A DNA stretch of 51,348 nt from Octopus sinensis. Its lineage: Eukaryota. Both the position numbers and the translations under genes were made by a program. The stretch lies in the NCBI RefSeq assembly GCF_006345805.1, contig NW_021834960.1:1-51348 (forward strand). Direction: 5' to 3'. A model generated the notes under the pieces. The model saw only the letters and a list, made by a program, of their open reading frames with translations. It was not told the DNA's origin and did no database searches. Of this stretch, positions 1 through 11,419 are shown piece by piece (the first letter of the stretch is position 1; every line of letters starts with the position of its first letter).

Positions 1-924
1 AGATTTCTGTGTCTCATAATTTCTCATTATAAACAACCACTGCCTCCCCCACCACGACCACCACCGTACACATCTTGCACAACGTTACATACCATCACAA
101 CTATCACACAACATTACCACCACCACCACCGCCGAGATCCCCCCCCCCGGTACCAGTCATCTCTAAATCTATTGACAACAGCGACAACAAACAACAAACT
201 TTCCACTCACTGTAGTTAATTTCCTGAATATTTCTTAGGGGGTGGGCATAGGGAAGGGCGCAGCAGCCTCTGATGGTGGTGGTAGTGCGGGGTGGGTGAA
301 CATATATATATATTATTGATAGACATCGCCCCCTTTCCTCACACACACACCTTTTGTGCAAAGCAGACTCATATTTTGATGGCAGACAGGCAGACAGAAA
401 ATACATTGATGAATAAATATAGAGAGAGGGGGGGGAAGAGAGATCGATAGGGAGTGAGGGGGGAGACAGAGAGAAAGGTAGGTAGAGAGATGGATGGATA
501 GATAAATAAGGGGAAAGACAGATAGACAGAGAGAGAGGGAAAGAGAGATAAGTAGAAAATTGTTTGAAAGAGATAAATAAGTAGACCCCCCCATACACAC
601 ACATCCCACTTTCTAAGGACCCCCCTCCACCACCTCCACCACCTCCACCACCTTTCAGCGCTTGATTTCAATATTTCACCATTGATTTTTCATGCTGCAC
701 TCTTATGCAACTGGAGTCACAATATGCATAGGCTGTGGTGGTGGTGGTGGTGGTGGTATTGGTGATAGTAGTGGTTGTGGTATGTTGTAGAAATTACTGC
801 TGTTGTCCAGTCCCAGGTCATAGGTCAGCCATTATCAAGCTGGCCTATAATTAAAGACATTCCATCCTGTCTGTGTTCTATAAAGGCAACTCAATATCCA
901 AAGTGTCCCCAGTTCATGATGGGC

Positions 925-1132
925 AGGTTTTCTAAGGGAGATTTGGCTACTATTTCCAACAGGTCTAGTATTGATCCATACATACACACACACACACACA
1001 CGATGATGATGATGATGATGATGATATATATATATATTATATAAGACAGTTGAGTATGATTTTGAGGGAGAGTTGGTTGCTATTTCTTCCAGGTTCAGCT
1101 ACTGTGTAAAGGTCTCCTTCATTAGCTCATAC
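925..1132 (+). repeat. ~90-bp dispersed/tandem repeat unit (GATTTGAGGGAGATTTGGCTGCTATTTC family), 2 copies
   Basis: The motif recurs at ~930, ~1060, 2380-2490, 3670-3810, 6250, 21410 and 49060. Confidence 0.6.
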
Positions 1133-1135
1133 ATG

Positions 1136-2342
1136 TGAGGTGGTATCAAAAGGTTTCTGGACTGGTTAAGTTTAATAAAAACAAAAAAAAAACTTATTTG
1201 CCCAGGTTTTAACTTCATCTCCTTCAAAATAGTCCCCTTGCACAGCAACACACTGGTCCCAGTGTTCCTGTCACTTTTACAATCTGGCTTGGAAGAAGCA
1301 AGTTGAAGACCTTCTACGATTTGCTCTGGACCTCAACAATGATGTTAAAACAGTGATCTTTGAGTTTCATTTTCATCTTGGGGTAGAGATAGAAGTCTAC
1401 AGGTGCTAAATCCAGTGAATAGGGCAGGTACTGAAGCGACACCCTGTTACTTTTGGTGAGTGAGGAAAGCTAAGTGAAGAATCCAATTCTTTGCCCTCCA
1501 CAGATGTGGCCACCTCCACTGAATTTCCTTCCTCAAATGCTTCAAAATGTCACAGTAGAACTCTCAATTAACAGTCTGGCCCTGGGGGATGAATTCTTGA
1601 TGTACGATAGCACATTTCCAGAGGTGATACTCATGGTAGGTCTTTCCAGGCATGTTCTTCCGCTTTTGAAGCACTTATGCCATTTGAAACAATCTGTACA
1701 ACCCATTGCCTCATCACTGTAACCTTGTTGAACTATGCTCAATGTCTCTGTAGCAGAATTCTCAAGCAAAATTTCACATTGGCTCTTTGTTCCAATTTCC
1801 TGTCCAAGACAAAACCACAGCATGGGATCCCAAAAACTCAAATTTCACAACTTGCAAAGTAAACACAGCAATATCATTCAACACACTGCCCCATGAAGGT
1901 GTAGGAGTGGCTGTGTGGTAAGTAGCTTGTTTACCAACCACATGGTTCCAGGTTCAGTCCCACTGCATGGCACCTTGGGCAAGTGTCTTCTACTATAGCC
2001 TCGGGCCGACCAAAGCCTTGTGAGTGGATTGGGTAGACGGAAACTGAAAGAAGCCCATCGTATATATATATATGCGTGGGTGTGTTTGTGTGCTTGACAA
2101 CCGATGCTGGTGTGTTTAAGTCCCCGTTACTTAGCAGTTCGGCAAAAGAGACCAATAGAATAAGTACTGGGCTTACAAAAGAATAAGTCCCAGGGTCGAG
2201 TTGTTCGATTAAAAAAGGTGGTGCTCCAGCATGGCCGCAGTCAAATGACTGAAACAAGTAAAAGAGTAAAGAGTATGAAGGTCCATGCTAGCTCCCACTG
2301 CACATGCAACCATGGTGTGCTCCAGAACTAGTCCAGGAACTT
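1136..2342 (-). mobile_element. Degenerate, internally deleted mariner (Tc1/mariner) transposon, interrupted by a SINE
   Basis: Minus-strand translation gives the N-terminal 'CEILLENSATETLSIVQQGYSDEAMGCTDCFKWHKCFKSGRT', then 'EFIPQGQTVN*EFYCDILKHLRKEIQWRWPHLW', 'PYSLDLAPVDFYLYPKMK' (YSPDLAP motif) and 'WDQCVAVQGDYFEGD'. TIR at 1136-1165 (GAGGTGGTATCAAAAGGTTTCTGGACT); partial opposite TIR at 2330-2342. Confidence 0.8.
1898..2274 (+). mobile_element. tRNA-derived SINE family A, full length, with target-site duplication
   Basis: Head GGTGTAGGAGTGGCTGTGTGGTAAG with B-box-like GGTTCAGTCCC, central (AT)n/(GT)n, tail (AAAGAGT)n. ATGAAGGT is duplicated at 1893-1900 and 2275-2282. It resembles the tRNA-derived OK/OR-type SINEs described from octopus, but the exact family was not verified. 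Confidence 0.9.
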
Positions 2343-2507
2343 GGCTCATACACACGTATAAATAGACATAAGACTGTAGAGAGTGATTTGAAGGATATTT
2401 GGCTGCTATTTCTACCAGAGAGATCTCCTTCGTTGACTGTATACATAAAACTGTAGGGTGTGATTTTAGGGAGATTTTAGGGAGATCTGGAAATATTTTC
2501 CAGAAGT
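2341..2507 (+). repeat. ~90-bp repeat family, 2 degenerate copies
   Basis: Same GTGATTT(G)AGGGAGATTT motif as 925-1132. Confidence 0.55.
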
Positions 2508-2925
2508 GACCATCCTCACTTTATTCAGACATTGTATCTATGGACTACATTATCTAATCTATAATAATAGTTAGTATTTGTGGCTATAGCTGAAATTGTT
2601 GTTTAGCCCTAGGTAAGTCTTGATGCAGTAGACCACCTATGAACAAAGATGTTCTGGCTATGACCATCCCATCAAACATAGTGTATCTAGGACTATATTA
2701 TCTAATGTATGGTATATAAGTTAATATTAGTGGCTACAATTGTAGTTTAGCCCCAGATTATCTTTCATTGACATAGTGTATCTAGGACTACATTATCTAA
2801 TGTATAGTACATAGTAGTTAGTATTAGTGGCTATAGCTGTTGTTTAGCCCTAGGTTAGTCCTGATCCAGACAGTCCTATGACAAAAAATATTGCAGCTGT
2901 GACCTCTTTAATGACAGTAGTTGTG
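2508..2925 (+). repeat. ~150-bp tandem repeat family, about 3 degenerate units
   Basis: Repeated TGTATCTAGGACTACATTATCTAATGTA and TTTAGCCC(C/T)AGG motifs. Confidence 0.8.
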
Positions 2926-3624
2926 ACACATATAGTGGTTATGGTATAGGTGCTAGTGGTGTAGGTGGTAGTAGTAATCTTAGAAGAGCACTCATTAACA
3001 TCACAACCACCATCATCATCATGTCCTCACCACCATTACTACCATCACATTGCACCACCACCACCACCACCACCACCACTTTCTCTACTACCTGTAGCCC
3101 CCCTCCCACTACCACCTTCTCCCTCACCTACTTCCTTACCTTTCATTTCCCCTTTTACCTGAGCTCCCCCCAACCCATCCAGCTGTTATCGTCTTCTGCA
3201 ACAATACAACAATATCGGATGTTCTACATAATATGGAGAGGAACCAGGTTGTCATTTGATCTCACAACCTTACAATTCGCTTTACTTAAGCTGTTCAATA
3301 TGATTAAAGTGTGTAATTAAAAGATGTTCATTTATTTATATTAGACCAGTAATTAGCAAGAAACCACATCAGTGGTTACAGGTTTCTTAACGAGCTAGTT
3401 ACTGGCTCGTTGCTGTTCTGATGGTGATAAGTGCAACAAGAGGAAGTATTTGGTAGGTGATGCAGAACTTCATCATATTTATTATTTAACGGAAGCTGAA
3501 TTATTCAAAAATGCTTCTCCATCTTCCACATTTCTGATATTCCAAGCATCGCAGCAACACTTAGTGACAAAGTTTGCCTCCCAGTAAATATATATATATG
3601 TTTTTATTTGTTTATAATGGGTTT

Positions 3625-3812
3625 ATTTACCATGTAGAGCTCTCCCACATTGGCTCATACACAAGACAGTAGGGTGTGATTTGAGGGAGATTTGGCTGTT
3701 GTTTCAACCAGGTCTAGCTACCATGTAGAAGTCTCCCTCATTGGCTCATTCATTCATTCATACATACATACATACATACATACATAACACAGGGTGTGAT
3801 TTCAGAAAGATT
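3625..3812 (+). repeat. ~90-bp repeat family, about 2 tandem copies
   Basis: ACCATGTAGA...CATTGGCTCAT and AGGGTGTGATTT each occur twice. Confidence 0.6.
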
Positions 3813-4217
3813 TACTCTTTACTCTTTTACTTGTTTCAGTTATTTGACTGTGGCCATGCTGGAGCACCGCCTTTAGTTGAGCAAATCGACCCCAGGACTT
3901 ATTCTTTGTAAGCCTAATACTTATTCTATTGGCTCTCTTTTGCTGAACCGCTAAGTTACGGGGACATAAACACACCAGCATCGGCTGTCAAGCGATGTTG
4001 GGAGGACAAACACAGACACACCCACACATACATATATATATATACATATATACGATGGGCTTCTTTCAGTTTCCGTCTACCAAATCCACTCACAAAGCTT
4101 TGGTCAGCACGAGGCTATAGTAGAAGACACTTGCCCAAGGTGCCACGCAGTGGGACTGAACCCTGGAACCATGCGGTTCGTAAGCAAGCTACTTACCATA
4201 CAGTCACTCCTATGCCT
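3813..4217 (-). mobile_element. SINE family A, full length
   Basis: Reverse complement is collinear with 1898-2274. Confidence 0.9.
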
Positions 4218-4368
4218 ACGATTTCTACAAGATCTAGCTATCATGTACGAACTTTTCTGTACCCCCCCCCACATTATCTATCTATCTATCTTCTATCTAT
4301 TTGTCTCTATCTATCTATCTATCTCTATCTATCTTTCTATCTACCTATCTATCTATACATACATGCAT

Positions 4369-4518
4369 GATAGGCTTCCACACAGTTTCCGTCCACCAAA
4401 TTCACTCACATGGCTTTGGTTGGCCTGAACAGTCTTATCCAAGTTGCCAAACAGTGGGACTGAACCTGAAACTCTGTGGGTGCTAAGCAAACTCCTTAAC
4501 CCCACGACCATCCCTGCC
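4369..4518 (-). mobile_element. SINE family A-related 5' half, diverged
   Basis: CAGTTTCCGTC...GTGGGACTGAACC head motifs. Confidence 0.7.
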
Positions 4519-4789
4519 TCACAATGTGTACACTTTCTCTCCCATTCCTACCCACCTCCACCTTTTCAGCCCAGTTTCATACAACTGCCCTCCCCCACAA
4601 TTGTAAACCGTCTTCATAATGGTGTCCTCATTAGTTGCCCCTGTGGCAAATAAATGGAATAATAACAGTTGCCCACGTCTGTTGTTGTTGTTGTCATTAA
4701 TATTGCATCCCCTGAGGCCCCGGAGCCACTTGACTTCTCTTGTTTCGCTCCCTTCTTTATGGCTTCATGTCTGGAGTAGGAAACTGTAG

Positions 4790-5260
4790 CAGAGGCCATA
4801 CAGCAGCAACCACCACCACCACTTCTGCTGCTACTACTACTACTACTACCACTACTACTACTACTACCACCACAATAAGAACTAGCATCACTACTACTAA
4901 CACCGACCTATACAATCACCACCACCACCACCACCATTACTACTACAACCGCCACTACAATTACTACCACAGCTACAACTAACCACCACCACAACTAATA
5001 CTACTACCACCACTACTACTACCAGAACCACTACAGCCAACACTGACATATACCATCGCCACCGCCACCACCACTACTACTACAACCGCCACTACAATTA
5101 CTACCACAGCTACAACTACCACCACCACAACTAATACTATATCCACCATAACACTCATACTACTGCTACCATTACTATCACTACCACCACCACCACCACC
5201 ACCCTACAGCCAGTACCACAACAAACTGTAACAACTAGCACCACCATAATCACCACACAA
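4790..5260. repeat. Compound (ACT/ACC)n trinucleotide tract with an internal ~45-bp duplication
   Basis: CTACTACTACAACCGCCACTACAATTACTACCACAGCTACAACT occurs at ~4939 and ~5075. Confidence 0.85.
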
Positions 5261-5424
5261 CAATAAGCCTTTCAAATTAGCAGGAGAGAGCTAACTAAAG
5301 GGGGGTGCTTGAGGGAGGGGAGGAGATGAAGATGAGAAACGGTGGGAGGTGAATGGTAAGGGGCTGTCCCATTGTATGTTGATTGGGGGTGGGGTATGGT
5401 GTGGGAGCTGTTGGAGGTAGTGGC

Positions 5425-6185
5425 AGGGTGTTTAGCCCCAGGTCAGTCCTGATCCAGCAGAGCTATGATGAAAAATGTACCAGGTGTGACCATCCTAACT
5501 ATATTCAGACATGGTATATCTAGGACTCCATTATTTATTGTATAGTAGTTGGTATAAGTTGCTATGATCAAAGATGTTCCATCTGTGACCATCCAATATA
5601 TTATTCAGGCATTGTGTATCTAGGACTACATTATCTAATGTATGGTACAGTAGTTAATAATAGTGACTATAGTTGTTGTTATTGTTGTTCAGCCCTAGGT
5701 CAGTCCTAATCCAGACCGACCTATGATCAAAGATGTTCCAGCTGTGACCATCCCAGCTTTTATACAGGCATAGTGTATCTAGGACTACATTATCTAATCT
5801 AAAGTAGTTGTTTAATCCCAGGTCAGTCCTAATCCAGTCGACCTATGCTCAAAGATGTTCCAGGTGTGACCATCCCATCTTTTATTCAGGCATAGTGTAT
5901 CTAGGACTACATTATCTAATGTATAGTATTGTAGTCTGTATTAGTAGTTATGGTTGTTGTTGTTGTTGTTGCTTAGCCCCAGGTCAGTCCTAATCCAGTC
6001 GACCTATGATCAAAGATGTTCCAGCTGTGACCATCCCGTCTTTTATTCAGGCATAGTGTATCTAGGATTACATTATCCAATGTACAGTACTTAGTATTAA
6101 TGTCTGGAGTTGGTGTTGTTTAGCCACAGGTCAATCCTGATCCAGCAGACCAATGATCAAAGATATTCCAGCTGAAACCATCCCA
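5425..6185 (+). repeat. ~150-bp tandem repeat array, about 6 units
   Basis: Head-to-tail GATCAAAGATGTTCCAGCTGTGACCATCCC...TATCTAGGACTACATTATCTAAT...TTAGCCCCAGGTCAGTCCT units. Confidence 0.9.
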
Positions 6186-6414
6186 TCATTTATTCACAGT
6201 GTATATAGGGAATACATTCTCAAATGCTTGTTTGCTTCTATTACGATGACACGGAGTGATTTGAAGGGGACTTGGGGACTATTTCTAGCAGGTAAAACCA
6301 CAAAAACAAAAGGCTCCTGGTGTTTAAGTGTAGATGAAGAATATTCTTTGTTATATCTAAACACGTGTAAAGCTGTTCAAATATTTATAACTGAACACGT
6401 GCATCTATGTGTAT

Positions 6415-6440
6415 TATATATATGTAATGTGTGTATATAT

Positions 6441-6481
<41 letters not shown>

Positions 6482-6702
6482 TATATATATATATATATAT
6501 TTGTATGTATATATATATATATATATGTATATATATACATATATTTATATATGTATGTATGTATATTATATATAATATGTATGTATGCCTCTATATATAT
6601 ATCTTATATATATATAATATATGTATGTATGTATGTATGTATGCCTCATATATATATATCTTTATATATATATATGTATGTATGCCTCTATATATATATC
6701 TT

Positions 6703-6735
<33 letters not shown>
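6415..6735. repeat. (TA)n/(TATG)n microsatellite
   Basis: Seen directly. Confidence 0.95.
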
Positions 6736-6875
6736 GAGGCATAATTGCCAGTTAGTGCCTCACCTTGCAAAATAAAACTCCCCCTATATATACATACACG
6801 CATATATACACATATGTATATATACATACACACACACATATAGGGGAAGCAGTGACCTGTAATGTATAATGCATA

Positions 6876-6906
<31 letters not shown>

Positions 6907-6908
6907 GC

Positions 6909-7115
6909 ATGCGTACATACCTATGTATGTATACAAATGTTCACAGGTACACAAGCACACATACATGTGTGTATACATACATCCAGATATACATAGAGAC
7001 ACACACACACATACACGCATGCATACATACCTATGTATGTATACAAATGTTCACAGGTACACAAGCACACATACATGTGTGTATACATACATCCAGATAT
7101 ACATAGAGACACACA
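6909..7115. repeat. Local tandem duplication with a 110-bp period
   Basis: TACATACCTATGTATGTATACAAATGTTCACAGGTACACAAGC... occurs at 6914 and 7024. Confidence 0.9.
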
Positions 7116-7357
7116 TACACAAACATACATATTTTTCACTTGTGATGTAAAACACATTTTTTGAAAGGATCTGTAGTTGTGACTCCCAGCAGAGAACATA
7201 TGGGGTCAACACAAATAAAAGGTTAGGAGTCTCTCCTTCCCTGGGGTCTCAGCGAGATGCAACCAAGGATAGCACCACACATGTTAAGACTTGTTTATTT
7301 ACATCAGATGTACACCAACACATGCTTCTACATGTGTGTGTGTATGTATGTATGTGT

Positions 7358-7399
<42 letters not shown>

Positions 7400-7490
7400 A
7401 GGAACTGCATACATGCAAAACAAGGAGGAGGAAAATAGTACTAAACTACTGAAGGTAGAGTAATAGGCTTTTATCAAAGCTGCAATATAA

Positions 7491-7632
7491 GGCACAGGCG
7501 TAGCTGTGTGGTAGAAAGCTTGCTTCCCAAACACATGGTTCTCAGTTCAGTCTCACTGCAGGGCAAGTGCCTTCTACTATAACCTCGGGCCGACCAAATC
7601 CTTGTGAGTGGATTTGGAAAGAAACTTATCGT
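7491..7632 (+). mobile_element. SINE family A, 5' part
   Basis: GGCACAGGCGTAGCTGTGTGGTAG head, truncated at the central microsatellite. Confidence 0.8.
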
Positions 7633-7676
7633 GTGTGTGTATATAGATATATACCTCCGTTTAACCATCTCAAATC

Positions 7677-7724
7677 GTCTCTGATGAAGAGATATCCATA
7701 ACGTCCCAGAAACAGGTGTAGGAC
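7677..7724 (+). ncRNA. Type-I hammerhead ribozyme motif (family 2), degenerate
   Basis: GTCT-CTGATGA-A-[GAGATAT..ACGTCCC]-A-GAAA-CAGGTG-TA-GGAC. Core intact; helix I GTCT/GGAC; near-palindromic helix III ACAG(G)TGT; GUA site; two mismatches in helix II. Confidence 0.65.
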
Positions 7725-7807
7725 TATATCTCTTTCTTTATAAATGTCCTGAAAACTCCTCACAGCCTTGGTTTTGCTATCTGTTTATGCCTTATATATA
7801 TATATTT

Positions 7808-8180
7808 CTCTTTTACTTGTTTCAGTCATTTGACTGCGGCCATGCTGGAGCACCGCCTTTAATCGAGCAACTCGACCCCGGGACATATTCTTTTGTAAGC
7901 CCAGTACTTATTCTATCGGTCTCTTTTGCCGAACCGCTAAGTAACGGGGACGTAAACACACCAGCATCGGTTGTCAAGCAATGCTAGGGGGACAAACACA
8001 CACATATATATATATACGATGGGCTTCTTTCAGTTTCCTTCTACTAGATCCACTCACAAGGCATTGGTCGGCCCGGGGCTATAGCAAAAGACATTTGCCC
8101 AAGATGCCACACAGTAGGACTGAACTCGGAACCATGTGGTTGGTAAACAAGCTACTTTCCACACAGCCACTCCTGCGCCT
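7808..8180 (-). mobile_element. SINE family A, full length
   Basis: Reverse complement is collinear with 1898-2274. Confidence 0.9.
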
Positions 8181-8444
8181 AAGCCACTCCTATATATATA
8201 TATAGCCAATATATATATAATACACAGGCATACTGTACCAGGGATCTTCTATTCTAATATTTTATGTGTGTGTGTGTGGTGTTAAATTCAGATTATGATG
8301 AAAGAAAACAAAGTTTGCTTTAGAAGCGTTAAAATGTATTGAAACATAAGGAAATACTTTTATTCTCAAACGCAGGATAAAGCTAATAATATAGAATGAA
8401 CACAATAAACTACCCATTATGAAAAATTATTTCCTTATATATAT

Positions 8445-8648
8445 GACCGTGTGTGTAACGTTGGTGATTTTTTTTCCTCCGTCTTCCCTTCTCTGGATCT
8501 TTCCTTCTCCTATGTTTCTGACGAAGAGCTCCGCTCGAAATGTTAAACCCTCCTTCTTCCCTTCCTTCCTGAGCATCCAATAATACTATATTTGTTCCAT
8601 GTCCTCGTGTTGTGTTTTTTCTCTTTGTGTTTTCATGTTTGGATTAAC
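8445..8648 (+). mobile_element. ~200-bp HHR-carrying module (PLE terminal-repeat-like, family 1) between (TA)n tracts
   Basis: Homologous to 15263-15450 (-) and 49899-50060 (+). It ends in CATGTTTGGATTAAC followed by (TA)n. Confidence 0.7.
8514..8548 (+). ncRNA. Minimal type-I hammerhead ribozyme (family 1)
   Basis: GTTT-CTGACGA-A-GAGC(TCC)GCTC-GAAA-TG-TT-AAAC. Helix I GTTT/AAAC; helix II GAGC/GCTC; helix III ACGT changed to ATGT (CpG decay). Confidence 0.8.
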
Positions 8649-8697
<49 letters not shown>

Positions 8698-8854
8698 CAC
8701 ACTCACACACACACATACACATATATATATACATATATATAATCTGAAAATGAAGCACACAAACTTATAGAGCAGGGTAATCCCATAGACTGGCCTCATC
8801 TAACTTTAACTATCTGTCTATCTGTCTATCTATGTGTGTGTGTGTGTGTGTGCA

Positions 8855-9030
8855 CGCGTCTCCCAAGACTGCTTGACAACCGGTGCTGTAACTTAGCAGT
8901 TCAACAAAAGAGGCTGATAGAATAATAAGTATCAGGCTTCAGAAATGTCCTGGTGTTGATTTATTCGGCAAAATAATTCTCCAAAGCGGTGGGTGATGCA
9001 ACATGGCCATAGTTAAGTGACTGAACCAAG
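8855..9030 (+). mobile_element. SINE family A, 3' half, diverged
   Basis: GCTTGACAACCGGTGCTG...CATGGCCATAGT...GACTGAA. Confidence 0.7.
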
Positions 9031-9161
9031 TGTGAGTGTGAGTGTGAGTGTGGTTGTGGTTGTGTCATTCATGAAACTATCATCCCTTGAGTCACTTTGT
9101 AACTATCGATAAAAAACATAAAATACATATTCATGATTTATCCTGTGCACTCTACCAAGCC

Positions 9162-9192
<31 letters not shown>

Positions 9193-9262
9193 TAAATTAA
9201 TATATATATTATTATATATAGTATATATATATAATATATATGCACATATGTATACACACACG

Positions 9263-9840
<578 letters not shown>

Positions 9841-9865
9841 TCACAGACACACACACACACACACA

Positions 9866-10440
9866 AGTGCAGGTACGGTGGCTGGTGGTAAAGAACTCTT
9901 TGCAGCCATGAGGTTTTGAATTCAATTCCACTGTACACCAGTTTCAGCTTAGTGCCGTCTACTATAAGAAGCCCTTCATAGTGAATTTAGCAGACGGAAA
10001 CTGTCGAAACCCGTTGTGTGTGTGTGTGTGTGTAATTGTCCCCATCACCACTTGACAACCGGCGTCAGTTTTCTTACATCTCCACTGCTTCGTGGTTTGG
10101 CAAAAGAGATCGATAAAATAAGTACCATCCTTACATAAGGTACTACTTGAGAACAGTGCGCACTCGCGCATCCTACAACGACTACGTAGCAAAGTAAATA
10201 AAACACAAAATAAATAATTTTTTTACACAAAGTAAATAAAACACAAAAACACAAAGGATCGACTAGTCATGACTAGCTAACGCGGATGCGCGAGTACGCG
10301 AGTGCGCGCATCGGGACCACTGTTCTCAAGTAGTACCCATACATAATACAAAAAAAAAAGCAATGGAGTTAATTTGTTACATGAAAGCTTCAAGGCAGTG
10401 CCCCAGTATGGCCCCAGCCCAACAAGTGAAACCGAAAGAC
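9866..10440 (+). mobile_element. SINE family A (diverged), interrupted by a MITE
   Basis: The head is at 9866-10010 and the tail resumes at 10338. Confidence 0.7.
10139..10337. mobile_element. 199-bp MITE with perfect 20-bp TIRs (Mutator-like by TSD)
   Basis: GGTACTACTTGAGAACAGTG (10139-10158) and CACTGTTCTCAAGTAGTACC (10318-10337). The 9-bp flanks CTTACATAA/CATACATAA differ by 1 mismatch. Confidence 0.85.
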
Positions 10441-10700
10441 CGCACACATACATTCACATGCACGTGTGTCTGTGTGTTTGTTTACATTACTGCTGATCTA
10501 AAAATATAAAAATATGAGTCAGTAAGAATTAGTTCAGAAGTTTGCTTTCTGAATCCCAGGGTTTAGGGTTCGATCCCAATCAGTTGCACGTGGAACCATA
10601 GGCCCTGCATTTTAAGCCTTCAGTTGACCGTAAGCGGATGAAGGAGTAGAATGGATAATACACAGGCAGATGAATGAATGGGTGGATAATTACAAATTCT

Positions 10701-11065
10701 GCTCTTTTACTTGTTTCAGTCATTTGACTGCGGCCATACTGGAGCACCACCTTTAGTCGAGCAAATCGACCCGGGACTTATTCTTTGTAAGCCTAGTACT
10801 TATTTTATCAGTATCTTTTGCCGAACCACTAAGTGACGGGGACATAAACACACCACCATCGGTTGTCAAGCAATGCTAGGGGGACAAACACAGACACACA
10901 AACATGCACACACGCGCACATAAATATACATATATACGACGGGCTTCTTTCAGTTTCCGTCTACCAAATTCACTCACAAGGCTTTGGTCAGCCCGAGGCT
11001 ATAGCAGAAGATACTTGTCCAAGGTGGCACGCAGTGGGACTGAACCCGGAACCATGTGGTAGTGG
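10701..11065 (-). mobile_element. SINE family A, near full length
   Basis: Reverse complement is collinear with the family consensus. Confidence 0.85.
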
Positions 11066-11104
11066 AAGATAAACACAAACACAAATTCATATTACACACG
11101 CACA

Positions 11105-11270
11105 CGACAGGCTTTTTTCAGTTTCCCTCGGCAAGACTTCCGCCCGATCCCCCCACAAAAAAACCCCACCTTAAAAAAAAAAAATTTTAAGGGTAGGGTT
11201 TTTTTTGGTGTGGGGGGTGGGGGCGGAAGTCTTGCAGCGAGCTTCTTACCACACACCCACGCCTGCACCT
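11105..11270 (-). mobile_element. SINE family A 5' part whose middle is replaced by a fold-back sequence
   Basis: SINE flanks GACAGGCTTTTTTCAGTTTCC and GAGCTTCTTACCACAC surround an inverted repeat at 11131-11235. Confidence 0.65.
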
Positions 11271-11346
11271 ATATAATTAGAAAGGTTTCATATGTACCTT
11301 GCACGAAAAATCCCTACCTTTGAGACACTTTTTAAATAAGCATCCA

Positions 11347-11383
<37 letters not shown>

Positions 11384-11419
11384 TCTCAATATATACAGAA
11401 GTACACACACACATAAAAA

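Noticed and set aside
706-717. 12-mer TGCAACTGGAGT shared with 13093-13104
   Set aside because: A single short match without flanking similarity; compatible with chance in 51 kb.
1931-2257. Recurrent ORFs containing FQSFDCGHAGAPP or DGLLSVSVYQIHSQG
   Set aside because: They are read-through of SINE family A; the recurrence reflects repeat copies, not a gene family.
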